Both the position numbers and the translations under genes were made by a program. A stretch of 63,879 nt of DNA, counting the filler, from Octopus bimaculoides (Eukaryota), in the NCBI RefSeq assembly GCF_001194135.2. It is 8 parts of 7 records of this genome, joined end to end, with 100 filler letters (N's around TTAATTAATTAA, not from the genome) between each part and the next. Parts side by side here need not be neighbours in the genome. Positions count along the whole stretch, not along the records: positions 1 to 26,928 come from NC_068987.1; 7 more parts are not named here. One strand, given 5' to 3'. This document shows positions 12,930-24,078 of this stretch, in pieces (the first letter of the stretch is position 1; every line of letters begins with the position of its first letter). The notes under the pieces are model-generated. The model was not told where the DNA came from and ran no database searches. It worked only from the letters and a program-made list of their open reading frames with translations.

Positions 12930-13790
12930 CGAGGGGTTACCCAAAAGAAACCGGAATTTTGCAATATTATTTTATTCACTTAATTTTTACATGTTTACAC
13001 TTTTATGGCCTTCAAAGTATTCTCTATTTGAAGCAATGCATCGGTCCAGGCGAGTTTTTCACTATTCGAAGTAGTGTTGGAACTCTTGCAAAGTGATGCC
13101 TTTTAATGCTTCCATCGTTTTTTTTCTTCTTTTTTTCTTTTTTTTCACCTCTTCCACACCTGCAAATTCCGTAGTACCAGCTTTGGTCACCAGTAATGGC
13201 CTTCAAAAAAGGTCCGAATCAATTTCCAATTGTTCTTTCAGTTCACGAGACGCATTCTGTCGCGACTACTTTTGATCTTCTGTGAGCAAGCGAGGCACAA
13301 ATTTTGCTGTAACTCTTTTCATTCGCAAATTCTCACTCAAAATTCATTGGCAGGGGCTCCAGGACACACCTGTCATATCAACAAGTTCGTCAGTTGTTCG
13401 GTGATGGTCGTCAAAGATCAGTTCATGAATTTTCATAATGTTTTCATTTGTTCGGGAGGTCGATGGTCGTCCTGAACAAGGCTGCTCTTCAAGCGATAAG
13501 AAATCATTTCTAAAGTGTGAAAACTACTCTTAAACTTGTGTTTTGCCTATGGCAGCGTCGTTGTAAGCTGTTTGAAGCATGGCAACTGTTTCGGCCGTCA
13601 TTTTCCCTAGTAGAAAACAGAATTTCATGGAAGTACGTTGTTCCTTCTGCTGTTCCTTCGTTTCAGCCATCGCAAAAATCGACAAACAGGGGAGAACACT
13701 GCAAAACAAAGACACCTTTACACAATCAAGACACCTTTAAACAACAGATTCAAAATACTCGGGAAAGGCAGTTACTTCGAGAAGTACCTC
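12930..13790 (-). mobile_element. Mariner-like transposon, internally deleted pseudogene
   Basis: Minus-strand frames give EQRTSMKFCFLLGKMTAETVAMLQTAYNDAAIGKTQV, SGRPSTSRT, KRVTAKFVPRLLTEDQ and AITGDQSWYYG, then jump to the C-terminal RLDRCIASNREYFEG. 3' TIR CGAGGGGTTACCCAAAAGAAACCGGAAT follows TA at 12928-12929. The 5' TIR near 13790 is degenerate, so that boundary is approximate. Confidence 0.9.
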
Positions 13791-15389
13791 TATCAGAACT
13801 GGGAAACGCCCCGTTATTTGATTAGAATCATACAAATGCACGGATATCTGAAATTATTTTCTACACCTTTCTCCACTCATTCTTGTGTGTGTGCGTGTAT
13901 GTGCATGTATGCGTGCGTATGTGTGCGTGCGTGTGTATGTGTGTATTGTGTGTGTGTATGAGTATAAATATATATACATACATTAGTGTGTGTGTGTATG
14001 TGTGGTGTACGCATGTGTGTGCGGGAGTCTGAGTGTGAACACGATTTCATTCCATCTTTTTAATGAAGGCTTTTGTTCAGCCTCTCGTATGGGCCCCACG
14101 TAGTTTATTTAGGACAATAAAGTTCTTAAGTCATCATCAATGTTTCAAGACATTAACAGCCTTGCGACTATGCTATGAAGTTTTATTGCTCTATATAACT
14201 GACTCTTTTATGGTAAGTGAATGTGATTTGTGTACACTTTATCACTCAATTTTGTTTAGAATTTATCGCTGGAATTTGAAATTTGATCGTTAGATTTATA
14301 CGTGAATAGGTTATACATTTACTTTATTCATAATGTATATATATATTCTACCGTGTTATGAGTAATATTCTGTCATCGTATATATTTTGGAGGAATTGTA
14401 CTGAGTATGGATATATTGTCTTGCAATGATTTTCTATCAAATTTTTGTTTCCTTTATCTAGTATATTCCAATTGCTCATTATTGTAGGAGCGTGGTGAGC
14501 ATATAAGAAAGTCTAAACAAATTCAGATGATAAAGTCAAAAGAATTTACATTTTGCCTTCTTTAAAAGGGGCAGATATTCACATCAATAGTACTTCACAT
14601 TCTGAAGATAAATAAGACTGGGATATCCTAGAAATATTGGTGAATTTACTAACTTCATTGTTCCATACAAACTGGAAGGGTCACATATACGAAAATATGA
14701 AAAAACTTTGTAATAAAATGTCGTGGTTTAAATATATCTTTAAAACTCTTTTCCCATATATACGGATACGTATGTACTTGTGTGTGAAAATGTACGTGTG
14801 TGTGTATGCATGTCCATGGGCGTATGTGTGAGTGAGTGTGTATATGTGCGCGCGCGTGTGTGTGTACATGCGTCTCATTAAAACCTGTGGGTCTTACAAA
14901 AAGCGTTTTGTTTCGTTCGAGAAACGTGAGGCTTCTGCATTATTTCCGTTACTAAATTCTGCTCGCAAGCAATTGATCCAACTCAGGCCATACTCTAGTG
15001 GACGAAAGATACTTGTCCAGCGTATGATAGAATCCGAAATAATAAAGCTACGAATCGAACACTTTAACCACACGACTATAGAGACGATAGAAGCTTTCAG
15101 GACATTATGGTTCTTCTTTCTTATTTTAAAGAAATTCTTTCCATTTCTTTATCGTAATTTTGTTAATAACTTCGGAAGCTGACATGTGAAAAATTTCATT
15201 GAAATTTATTTGCCTTCATATTTTTTTTACTTTAATCTCGACCGCTCTAAATCTCGTCTGCTAATGTTTCATTTTGACAGAAACTTACATTTCATTATCA
15301 TCTACGTTTTTTTCGCTGTTTTTTTTAAATCTATATCTATATACTTCGCCACTAGCTTTATTATTTTGGCTTTCCTTGCTTATCTTTTA

Positions 15390-15602
15390 TTGTTTCTGTT
15401 GCTTTTGTGTATGTATGTGTATAAGTGTGTGCATGCGTGTATGTTAATATGTATATGTTCATATGTGAGAATGTGAATGGATGTTCGTGTGCGCGTGTGT
15501 GAGAGAGAGAGAGAAAGGGAGAGAATATGCAATAGTTTGTATTATGCGTGGTTTTGTATAGACATATGAGTGTGTGTCTGAGTCTGTACCATTATGTGTG
15601 TA

Positions 15603-15677
<75 letters not shown>

Positions 15678-16340
15678 CGGTATGTTTGTCAGAGTGTATG
15701 CCTGTCTCTGTGTGCTTGTATGCGTGTATTGTGTGTATGTATGTGTGTGTATCAGTGATCGTGTCTCTGCGTGTATGGATGTCTGTGTCTGCCTGTTTGC
15801 TATTCTATGCATGTGTCTTCGCGTGTATATATGAGTTTGTGTAAGCCGTGTATATGAATACGCGTGTGTGCGCATGTAAATTGTGGATTAAACTGTCCTA
15901 TATGTCTATTTGTTTGTGTGTGTGTGCTTGTGCGTGTGAGAGAGAGAGGGAGGAGAAAGAAGGTGTGTATGTGCGTTTGTATGTATGTTTGTGTAAGTGT
16001 CTGTAAGTGTTAAAATGGAAGCGTCTGCATTTGTGATTATATGGAAGTATCTGTATGTAAGAACACGTCTATCTATATCTATATGGTTATGGTTGTAGAT
16101 TTGCCTAGAATAATGAATGCGTATTGGTTACTTTTACGGCTGTGTCTATGCGCGCCGTTTTATTTTTCTTTTTTTCTTTTCTTATTTCTTCAAATTTGCT
16201 TCATTTTTCCACTGAGATTGTCAAACTTGCATGTCTTCTCTAGCTTGTCTGTTTCTTCACTTTACCATATCTCACCTACACCAGACTAGCTTTTTTTCTC
16301 ATTATTTTGCTATCTATCTCTCAACGTATCTATGTACATG

Positions 16341-16371
<31 letters not shown>

Positions 16372-16448
16372 CGCTATCTATCTATCTATCTATCTCGCTA
16401 TCTATCTCGCTATCTATCTATCTATCCATCTANNNNNNNNNNATCTCG

Positions 16449-16485
<37 letters not shown>

Positions 16486-16565
16486 CATCTATCTCGCTAT
16501 CTATCTATCTATCTATCTAGCTATCTATTTATATCGCTATCTATCTATCTATCTATCTATCTATT
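15390..16565. repeat. (GT)n/(TATG)n and (TATC)n/(TCGCTATC) low-complexity tracts
   Basis: Direct reading. Confidence 0.9.
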
Positions 16566-16926
16566 TTTCTTTTATTTGTTTATTTCGCTACAACTTTTTT
16601 TTTTCAAGTTTTTGTTACTTTTTCTTTGCCTGTTTTTCTTCTGCTTTATTTTTCCAGTCTTTGTCTTTTTTATGCTTCGCTTCTTTTTTTCTTTTTCCCT
16701 TTATTTTCTTTAAGTCTCTTCTTTCCGTTTATCATTACATCTTCCTTTCTTTCTCTATTACTTCATTTGTCTTTTTCTTTACCGTTTGCTTTCTTTCCGG
16801 ATCTCTTTATTCTCTTCTTTTTATTATTATTTGGACAAAATACCACGAGGTATTTCTTTCAACTAGATCTCACTGAGGTCAACCTTCATCCCCCCGGGGT
16901 CGATGTAATTGCCTAACCTCGTCTCC

Positions 16927-17104
16927 GGCGAGCTGGCAGAATTGTTAATACGCCGGGACAGAATGCTTAGCAGTATTTCGTCTGGGGTCGACAATACTTT
17001 TCATCTTTTCCTGGTCGATAAAATAAGTACCAGTTGAGCATCAGGGTCGATGTAATCGACTTAGCCCCTCCCCCGAAATCACTGGCCTTGCGCCAAAACT
17101 TGAA
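16927..17104 (+). mobile_element. SINE family A followed by (TAG)n; partial copy just upstream (16855-16920)
   Basis: GGCGAGCTGGCAGAATTGTT...GGGGTCGAC...GGCCTTGCGCCAAAACTTGAA. Confidence 0.85.
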
Positions 17105-17137
17105 TGCATTATTATTAGTAGTAGTAGCAGCAGCAGC

Positions 17138-17210
<73 letters not shown>

Positions 17211-17234
17211 TTGTTGCTGTTGTTGTTATTAGTG

Positions 17235-17790
17235 CTTTCTTACCGGTGAACAGGTGTGGTCGCCGTTTGTCACAGGATTTTTCGCACATCGTCTCACTGA
17301 CGGAGCTACAGTAGTGGATAAAGCGTAGATCAAGAAAGGGCGCTTGGCACCTGGAGTGTCGGCAAGCGCTCACTGCCTTCTGCCAGTTGAGCAACGCGGT
17401 CAGTGGAAGTCCGACTATGGATTTCTATAGAGAATTAGTGGAGGGTAAAGAGCGATGATGTCCTCGGGGAAACTCTGGGCATCGGGAGGGATCGATTAAC
17501 TGGTCTTTTCCTGAGGACTTTCGGGCCGGGGCCTATGGATAACTTCCAGAAACCCCCGGTCTGGCAGTGCTCTGCCGGTTCGAGTCAAGCTCTACAGACA
17601 CAGAAGTGCTGTCAGACGGACCTGTCCGAGGTGTGCACAGGGCGATGAAACCGCCCTGCATGCACTCGTCCAGTGTCCGTGCATTACTGATTTGTGGAGC
17701 TTTGTTGAACAGCTGTTGTCACGTGTTATCAACCGAGTCCATCGTGAAGATCGCCCCGCCGCCTTCCTTTGGCCTTCCTCTGACGAGATG
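17235..17790 (+). mobile_element. Tx1/L1-clade ORF2 C-terminal remnant (Cys/His zinc-knuckle region)
   Basis: Frames give MDFYRELVEG, PMDNFQK and LPVRVKLYRHRSAVRRTCPRCAQGDETALHALVQCPCITDLWSFVEQLL (CxxC...ET..H....C motif). GC-rich relative to the flanks. Confidence 0.8.
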
Positions 17791-18004
17791 ATCACAGCTA
17801 AAATGTTTTGGGTAACAAATATGTTCAGTAAATCGGTTTGTTTAGCTTCTTTTCAACAAGAAAGTAGAATCAGAATTCATTTCACTATTAAAATCACTTC
17901 CTTTGACTTCATATGCATTGCAAAAGGTTCCAGGAAATGAAAAGAAGTGGACTTCCGGTTGTTTGTTCAACTGGATTACGTACTCATTGAATTAACATCT
18001 AATT

Positions 18005-18250
18005 AGCTCAACATTGCACGGACAAATGTACCATTAACGTAATCCTCGGATACAATCAGCATGACTCAAGTGTGTGACAAAGCTGTACTCTTCAATTACA
18101 GATACGATCCATCTGTTTGGTTTCTGCGCAGTTTCCATCTGCGTAATTTCACTCACAAGTCTTTGGTTGACCGAGGAAATGGTTAAAAATAATACGCCGT
18201 GGATATCACTGAGGATCTCGTGGTGACGACGCGAATTTCTTAACCAATAG
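18005..18250 (-). mobile_element. Old, diverged SINE family C copy
   Basis: TGTACCATTAACGTAATCCTCGG...GTGTGACAAAGCTG...TTCAATTACAG resembles 21715-21790. Confidence 0.5.
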
Positions 18251-20001
18251 GCCATACAGCGTCCTTGCTAGTAAAAGAATACATACAGAAACACCTATTC
18301 TGTAACGAAAAATATCACAGGTGTTGTGCGTATTTAAGTAACAGTCAAAAAGGTTTCAAAGAAAAAGAACACTTTGTTGTGATTGCAGGGTCCTTCATCA
18401 TTAGAGATGATGGGTTCTTCTCATGACAATTTAACTTATTTTCCTTTTTGTACTTTTAACATTGATTTGCTGACACTTACCATCGTTTAAAAGTATGAAA
18501 ATTTTGTGAAGAGAGTTGAAGATGAAAATTTTTTAAGCCGGAATGACTGGAAGGTTTTTCTACATGCTATTTAAGCTATTAAAGGAAGTAAATATTTATG
18601 TTTTACCTAGCAAATGTCAGACATTACAAGGCTGACAACTTGACCCGTTACTACAAAGTAAAATCACAAAGAAAGATTCTCTCCCCTTTAATGACAAATT
18701 TACCACCAGAAGCAAAACACGTGTTTTTCTATGATTATCCACCTAAAATCACAACTAAAGGAAAACAGCTCACCACTAAATAACCAGCACACACAATAAC
18801 CAACACACAATAAACCAACACGACCTGACAACAACGTTCTGTAAAGAAGCCAGTACAGCCTCTGGAGCTAGTGGGTGGTTTATTTCATGGGATATTGCTC
18901 GAACAAAACACTTATATTCTGATCGCTAAATTTGTACCAGAGTCAGAGTAAAAAAGATACAAATCTTTAGCGACAGATAATGCAAGTATTTGTTTCACCA
19001 CATACTACAGAGAGATGCCTTTTCCAGATCAGAGATGATGAAACAAGCAAAATGTAAAATCATTTAAATTATTCTTTTGCATTCAGATAAAATTTTTTAA
19101 GCTCCAAGAAAATCTACTACTTGCAGTATTATTTTGTTTCCTTTGATGCGAAGTAAAAGAACTACTGAACTTTTTATTTATTTATTTATTTATTCATTTA
19201 TTTATTTATTTATTTATCTAGCTATCTATTTTACAATAGATGGAAGAAGTACAAGAACAGAAGAAATTCGGGATTATTTTTACTCGTGAAAAATAATCCC
19301 AGTTTTCCTAAGTTTTTCCTGTTCATTGTATTATTCAACACCTGGCGGTCAGATATTTCGAATAGGAAGGTATTACCAAATCTGTTCATGAAATTGTTAG
19401 TTTCATACTCTTGAATGAAATTTTATTGGAGAATTAAAGATTGAAGATATACTTATTGATGTCTGACGTCTATTTCGACTTCATTCTGGCGTCGCCGTCA
19501 ACAGCTAAGTTTTGCGCCGGTTTTTTTAATGTGTTCTGTTTAAATGGAAAATATTCTTTCCTCATCTGAAAAATAATGAAGGCCAGCGAAAGCTGACGTT
19601 TTTTTATCCATATAAATAATCATTTGTAAACTTTCCAGGGCAAGGATAGAAATATTCCTGATCTTACTCAGTCAAATTTCATCTCAGTCAAATAGTCATC
19701 TTCCCAATCTCAGGAGTAGTGCAAATACATTCACTGATATTGAAATAAAAAGCTGCAAGCTTCAGGAAGACACCAGTGATCAGCCAGGACAACAACAAGA
19801 GCAGCGAGTCCCAATTCCTAGAATACCATTAGTCACAGATTCAGCAATGGCGGAGGAGATCACCTCATACCCAGTCCTGAAAGCATGCGAACAGACACAT
19901 CGTTCCCTAACGATAGCATCTTGCTGCACCACTTTATCGTTCTTACAAGGATTGACAGAAAATTTCCTTGTCAGACACATAATAGCTGAATCTTGTTTTA
20001 C

Positions 20002-20048
20002 CTTGCTTGTAAATCCATTCATGGTTGTTGTTTATCCAATTCTTGTAC
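20002..20048 (-). CDS. Candidate small coding exon (unassigned)
   Basis: Acceptor (CT)n-CATTTTCTAG|G at 20049-50 and possible donor CAAG|GTAAAA at 20001. Phase-2 reading YKNWINNNHEWIYKQ; phase-1 reading GTRIG* would make it a terminal exon. No family recognised. Confidence 0.3.
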
Positions 20049-20052
20049 CTAG

Positions 20053-20116
<64 letters not shown>

Positions 20117-20798
20117 GATAGACGGGAGAAAGAGGAAGAAAAACAGAGTAGGAGAGAAACAGGAATTGTTGGCGTAAGAGAATACAACGTTACCTATTCG
20201 AAACAGACGTCGTCCTAAATATAGGAAACATATCCGTCGTAGCAAAAAAATTCCAGAGTAGCAAGCAAATACCCGTCGTAGCGAACAAATTCCAGAGTAA
20301 AGATTATTATTAAAGTAAAGAGATAAAGGAATAAGGCAAAGGCACAGGAAACTTCATACTAGGCCACACAATAACAGAATAAAAAAGCTAATACAATGAA
20401 CCCAGCAAGAAACCGAAAGAAACTTCACTAACGATAGGGCACTTAAAATAATGGTGTAAAGGTACGCAGTCAGTGTTTTAAAAGAAAGCAGAATATAGAG
20501 GAAAACTGTTTTACAGCTTAAGACTGTTGATGAATTTAAACAAGTAAAAATAGAATCTACATTGGGAATATAGATGCTAAATCTTCGAAATATAGTGCAA
20601 AAACGTGGTTAAATGAAAAGATTTCAAACAGCGCAAAAGCATCTTCAGTTCAATTTATGACTCTCGGTCTGTGTAAACAGCGTATATGTGTCAAACACGC
20701 TGTCTTTAAGCGCTACACTCATTCTTACACATACGTGTGTATGTGTACGTACATGAGTATATGTGTGTGTGTGTATGTATGTATGTATGTATGTATGT

Positions 20799-20830
<32 letters not shown>

Positions 20831-21411
20831 CAATGAAAATAATAATATGAAAGAAAAGATAAAATTCAATAAAAATTGTTGTTATCGTTTCACTCTTAGA
20901 TATATAGAAATACCAATATCTTCACATTTCAGACTTAAGCTCTTTAAGAGAAGATAGAAAAGAAAAGAGAGAGAGGAAGGAAGTGTTCGCTAACAGCGAA
21001 AATATGAAATGAAGTTTAAAATTTTAAAGTGTAAATTTTAAACACACTATGTAGTGGAAATAACCGAAAGCGAGATTGTTGCTACACATTTGGTATTAAA
21101 TGCCATATGAAGGCTTTTTGTCCAGAAGAAGCAGAAAAGTAGAACAGAAAAGAAGGGCAATGAACAGCAACAGAGGTAACAATAAGTCTTAGAGATGAAG
21201 TTCATGGTTGTTTGCAACATACCCCCAGTTGCAGTGCCGAAAAGAGCCCAGAGTGGATGCAAATGAAAAAAAAAATTGTACTCAAAATAACACCGAAAAG
21301 TCAAGCAGAGGATCGATCAGGCACTATAAGAAGCAACAGTATCATTCCGTTGTCATGCAGCGTTGGGGAGGAATGAGATTGGTGAAGAATGTAGCCACTG
21401 ATGGGTGGTAG

Positions 21412-21603
21412 ATTTAAGATGCGAGCTGGCAAAACCGTTAGCACAACTGACAAATACTTAGCAGCATTTTGTCCGTCTTTACGGTCTGAGTTCAAATTCC
21501 ACCAAAGTCGACTTTTCGGGGTCGGTAAAATAAGTACCTGCCAAGTACTGGAGTGGATGTAATCGACTTATCCCCGCCTCCGAAATTGTTTTAGCCTTGT
21601 GCA
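21412..21603 (+). mobile_element. SINE family A
   Basis: GCGAGCTGGCAAAACCGTTAGCAC...GAGTTCAAATTCC...GCCTTGTGC. Confidence 0.85.
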
Positions 21604-21606
21604 TAA

Positions 21607-21949
21607 ATATGTTGGCACTCCGTCGCTTACGACGTCGAGAGTTCCAGTTGATCCGATCAACGGAACAGCCTGTTCGTGAAATTAACGTGCAAGTGGCTGA
21701 GCACTCCACAGACACGTGTACCCTTAACGTAGTTCTCGGGGATATTCAGCGTGACACAGTGTGACAAGGCTGACCCTTTGAATTACAGGCACAACAGAAA
21801 CAGGAAGTAAGAGTGAGAGAAAGTTGTGGTGGAAGAGTACAGCAGGGTTCGCCACCATCCCCTGCCAGAGCCTCGTGGAGTTTTAGGTGTTTTCGCTCAA
21901 TAAACACTCACAACGCCCGGTCTGGGAATCGAAACCGCGCTCCTATGAC
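21607..21949 (-). mobile_element. SINE family C, tail-to-tail with the SINE A copy
   Basis: Reverse complement has a GGTTTCGATTCCCAGAC B-box and the GTAATTCAAAGGGTCAGCCTTGTCACAC...GAGAACTACGTTAAGGGTACAC body shared with 40985-41300. Confidence 0.85.
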
Positions 21950-22661
21950 NNNNNNNNNNNNNNNNNNNNNNNNNNNNNNNNNNNNNNNNNNNNNNNNNNN
22001 NNNNNNNNNNNNNNNNNNNNNNNNNNNNNNNNNNNNNNNNNNNNNNNNNNNNNNNNNNNNNNNNNNNNNNNNNNNNNNNNNNNNNNNNNNNNNNNNNNNN
22101 NNNNNNNNNNNNNNNNNNNNNNNNNNNNNNNNNNNNNNNNNNNNNNNNNNNNNNNNNNTCCCCAGTATATTCTTTGGAGTATTTGACAAGGTACTTTCTA
22201 ATTATTTAATCTCCATCCCAGAAATGGAGCAGAAATAAGGGATCGGCCGGCATTGACATTGTTTTCTACTAATGTGCTTGTTACTTTTTGCTTGTTTGCA
22301 AGCAGCCAGTTTATTTGTTGTTAAAAACGTAGCAGAAGATGGTACTCGTCTCACTGATAATAGTAGTTTCAACAGTGGACACACTTTAAACGCCCTTCGC
22401 ACACAATTGTTTCAAATACAAAAACAGGCTTCAAAATAGCAGACAATATGTCAATTGAACAAACAGAAAAATTCAAGCACAATTAGAACTGCACAAAAAA
22501 ATAGTGCTATAAATGTTAATCTAAACGATAAAAACAGTATAAATAATAACAAGAGTGTCACTAATAAAACAACAACACAACAACAATCACGAAATGCTAT
22601 CTTTTACTAAAAGTAGTGCTGGAAGGAAAAAGTGTGATCCAGGTATCTCGAAAGAAAATAC

Positions 22662-22772
22662 CTCCTTGCAGTGTAGGAAGCAACATATCTTTGTTTTGTA
22701 AGTTATAAAGCTTCCATATGCCGTCAAGAGAGAGTTTAGAGGCAGCCCTGATTGACGTGTAGCTGGTTGTGT
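22662..22772 (-). CDS. Candidate symmetric phase-1 exon (111 nt, unassigned)
   Basis: TTTGATAG|AC acceptor and GGAG|GTATTT donor. Open peptide (D)TTSYTSIRAASKLSLDGIWKLYNLQNKDMLLPTLQG(G). No confident homology. Confidence 0.25.
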
Positions 22773-23195
22773 CTATCAAATATATAGATCACTTCTATAG
22801 TGTGAAGTGTATGTAAATATACTGTGAAAGAAATCTAATGTAAGAGGAATCTATTGCTTGGTTTGAATTGGTGAGATTATCTAGAAGGTAAATTATGAGA
22901 GGGAAAAAAAACAAAGAAAAACAACATTAATCATGTCAATATGGTTCACCATGAAGAAAAAGAAGGAATAACAACGTTTCAAACACTTTAACTATTGTCA
23001 TAATAGACAAAAAAAAAAAGAAAGAAAATGTGTGTTTGTTATAAAACGAGCTCGATGCAGCTTTCCCTATAAAATAATTTGTATGTCTCACCACTGTTAT
23101 GAGTATGATTCATCGCTTGTTATGCATCATGCATAATGTGGCATATTGATAGACTAAATGTGCCAAAAATAGAACACTTACACAGATTATAGTGT

Positions 23196-23577
23196 GAGAC
23201 GTAAATGTGTGGTGAGAAGTTTGCTTCCCAATCACATGGTTCCGGTTTCAGTCTCACTGCGTGGTACTTTGGGCAAATGTCTTCTACTATAGCATCGAAC
23301 CGACTGAAGCCTTGTGAGTGGATTTAGTTGACGGAAACTGAAAGAAGCCAGTTGTATATGCATGCGCGCGCGCATGTGTTTGTGTGTCCACTACCACCGC
23401 TTGACAACCGATACTCGTGTGTTTACGTCCCCGTAACTCAGCGGTTCGGCACCAGCGACCGATAGAATAAGTACCAGGTTTATAAAAGTAATCACTGGGG
23501 GCGATCCATTCGAATAAAATTCTTCAATGCGATTCCCTAGCATAGCCGCAGTCTAATATTTGAAACAAGTAAAAGAA
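23196..23577 (+). mobile_element. SINE family B, near full length
   Basis: TGTGTGGTGAGAAGTTTGCTTCCCAATCACATGGTTCCGG...GGGCAAATGTCTTCTACTATAG...TGAAACAAGTAAAAG. Confidence 0.9.
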
Positions 23578-23744
23578 CAACCCGTAAAGGAGACCTCCAT
23601 TATACGTATGGATTACAGGTAGTGATGGTGGTCGAAGAATATAAGTAAAAGGGACTGATAGTTTAAAAATTTCTAGTTTGGTGACCCATTGCTGAACTGG
23701 TGTCATATAATAGAGATATTTGGTTGATAATTAACTACATTAGA

Positions 23745-24078
23745 AAGGCGGCGAGCTAGCAGAAACGTTAGCACACCGGGTGAAATGCTTAGAGGTATTT
23801 CATCTGCCGTTACGTTCTGAGTTCAAATTCCGCCGAGGTCGACTTTGCCTTTCATCCTTTCGGGGTCGATTAAATAAGTACCAGTTACGCACTAGGTCGA
23901 TATAATCGATTTAATCCGTTTGTCTGTCCTTGTTTGTCCCCTCTGTGTGTAGCCCCTTGTGGACAATAAAGAAATAAGAAACGTTAGCACGCCGGGCGAA
24001 ATGCTTAGCAGTATTTCGTCTGTCTTTATGTTCTAAGTTCAAATTCCGCCGAGGTCGACTTTGCCTTTCATCCTTTCG
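23745..24078 (+). mobile_element. SINE family A head-to-tail dimer with LINE-like tail
   Basis: Unit of 216 bp; tail ...CCCCTCTGTGTGTAGCCCCTTGTGGACAATAAAGAAATAAG joined at 23978/23979 to AAACGTTAGCACG. Confidence 0.9.

Noticed and set aside
20002-20048. RYKNWI resembling the trypsin-family C-terminal motif
   Set aside because: A six-residue match with no other protease exons found.
22662-22772. Resemblance of SLDGIWKL to the GH2 glycosidase N-terminus, and of this exon to the 41.9/44.5-kb exons
   Set aside because: Only short motifs match and the spacing does not agree; not enough to assign a product or paralogy.
23745-24078. Regularly spaced ~216-bp repeats resembling a CRISPR or satellite array
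   Set aside because: The units are whole SINE copies with no unique spacers, the context is eukaryotic, and no cas genes are present.
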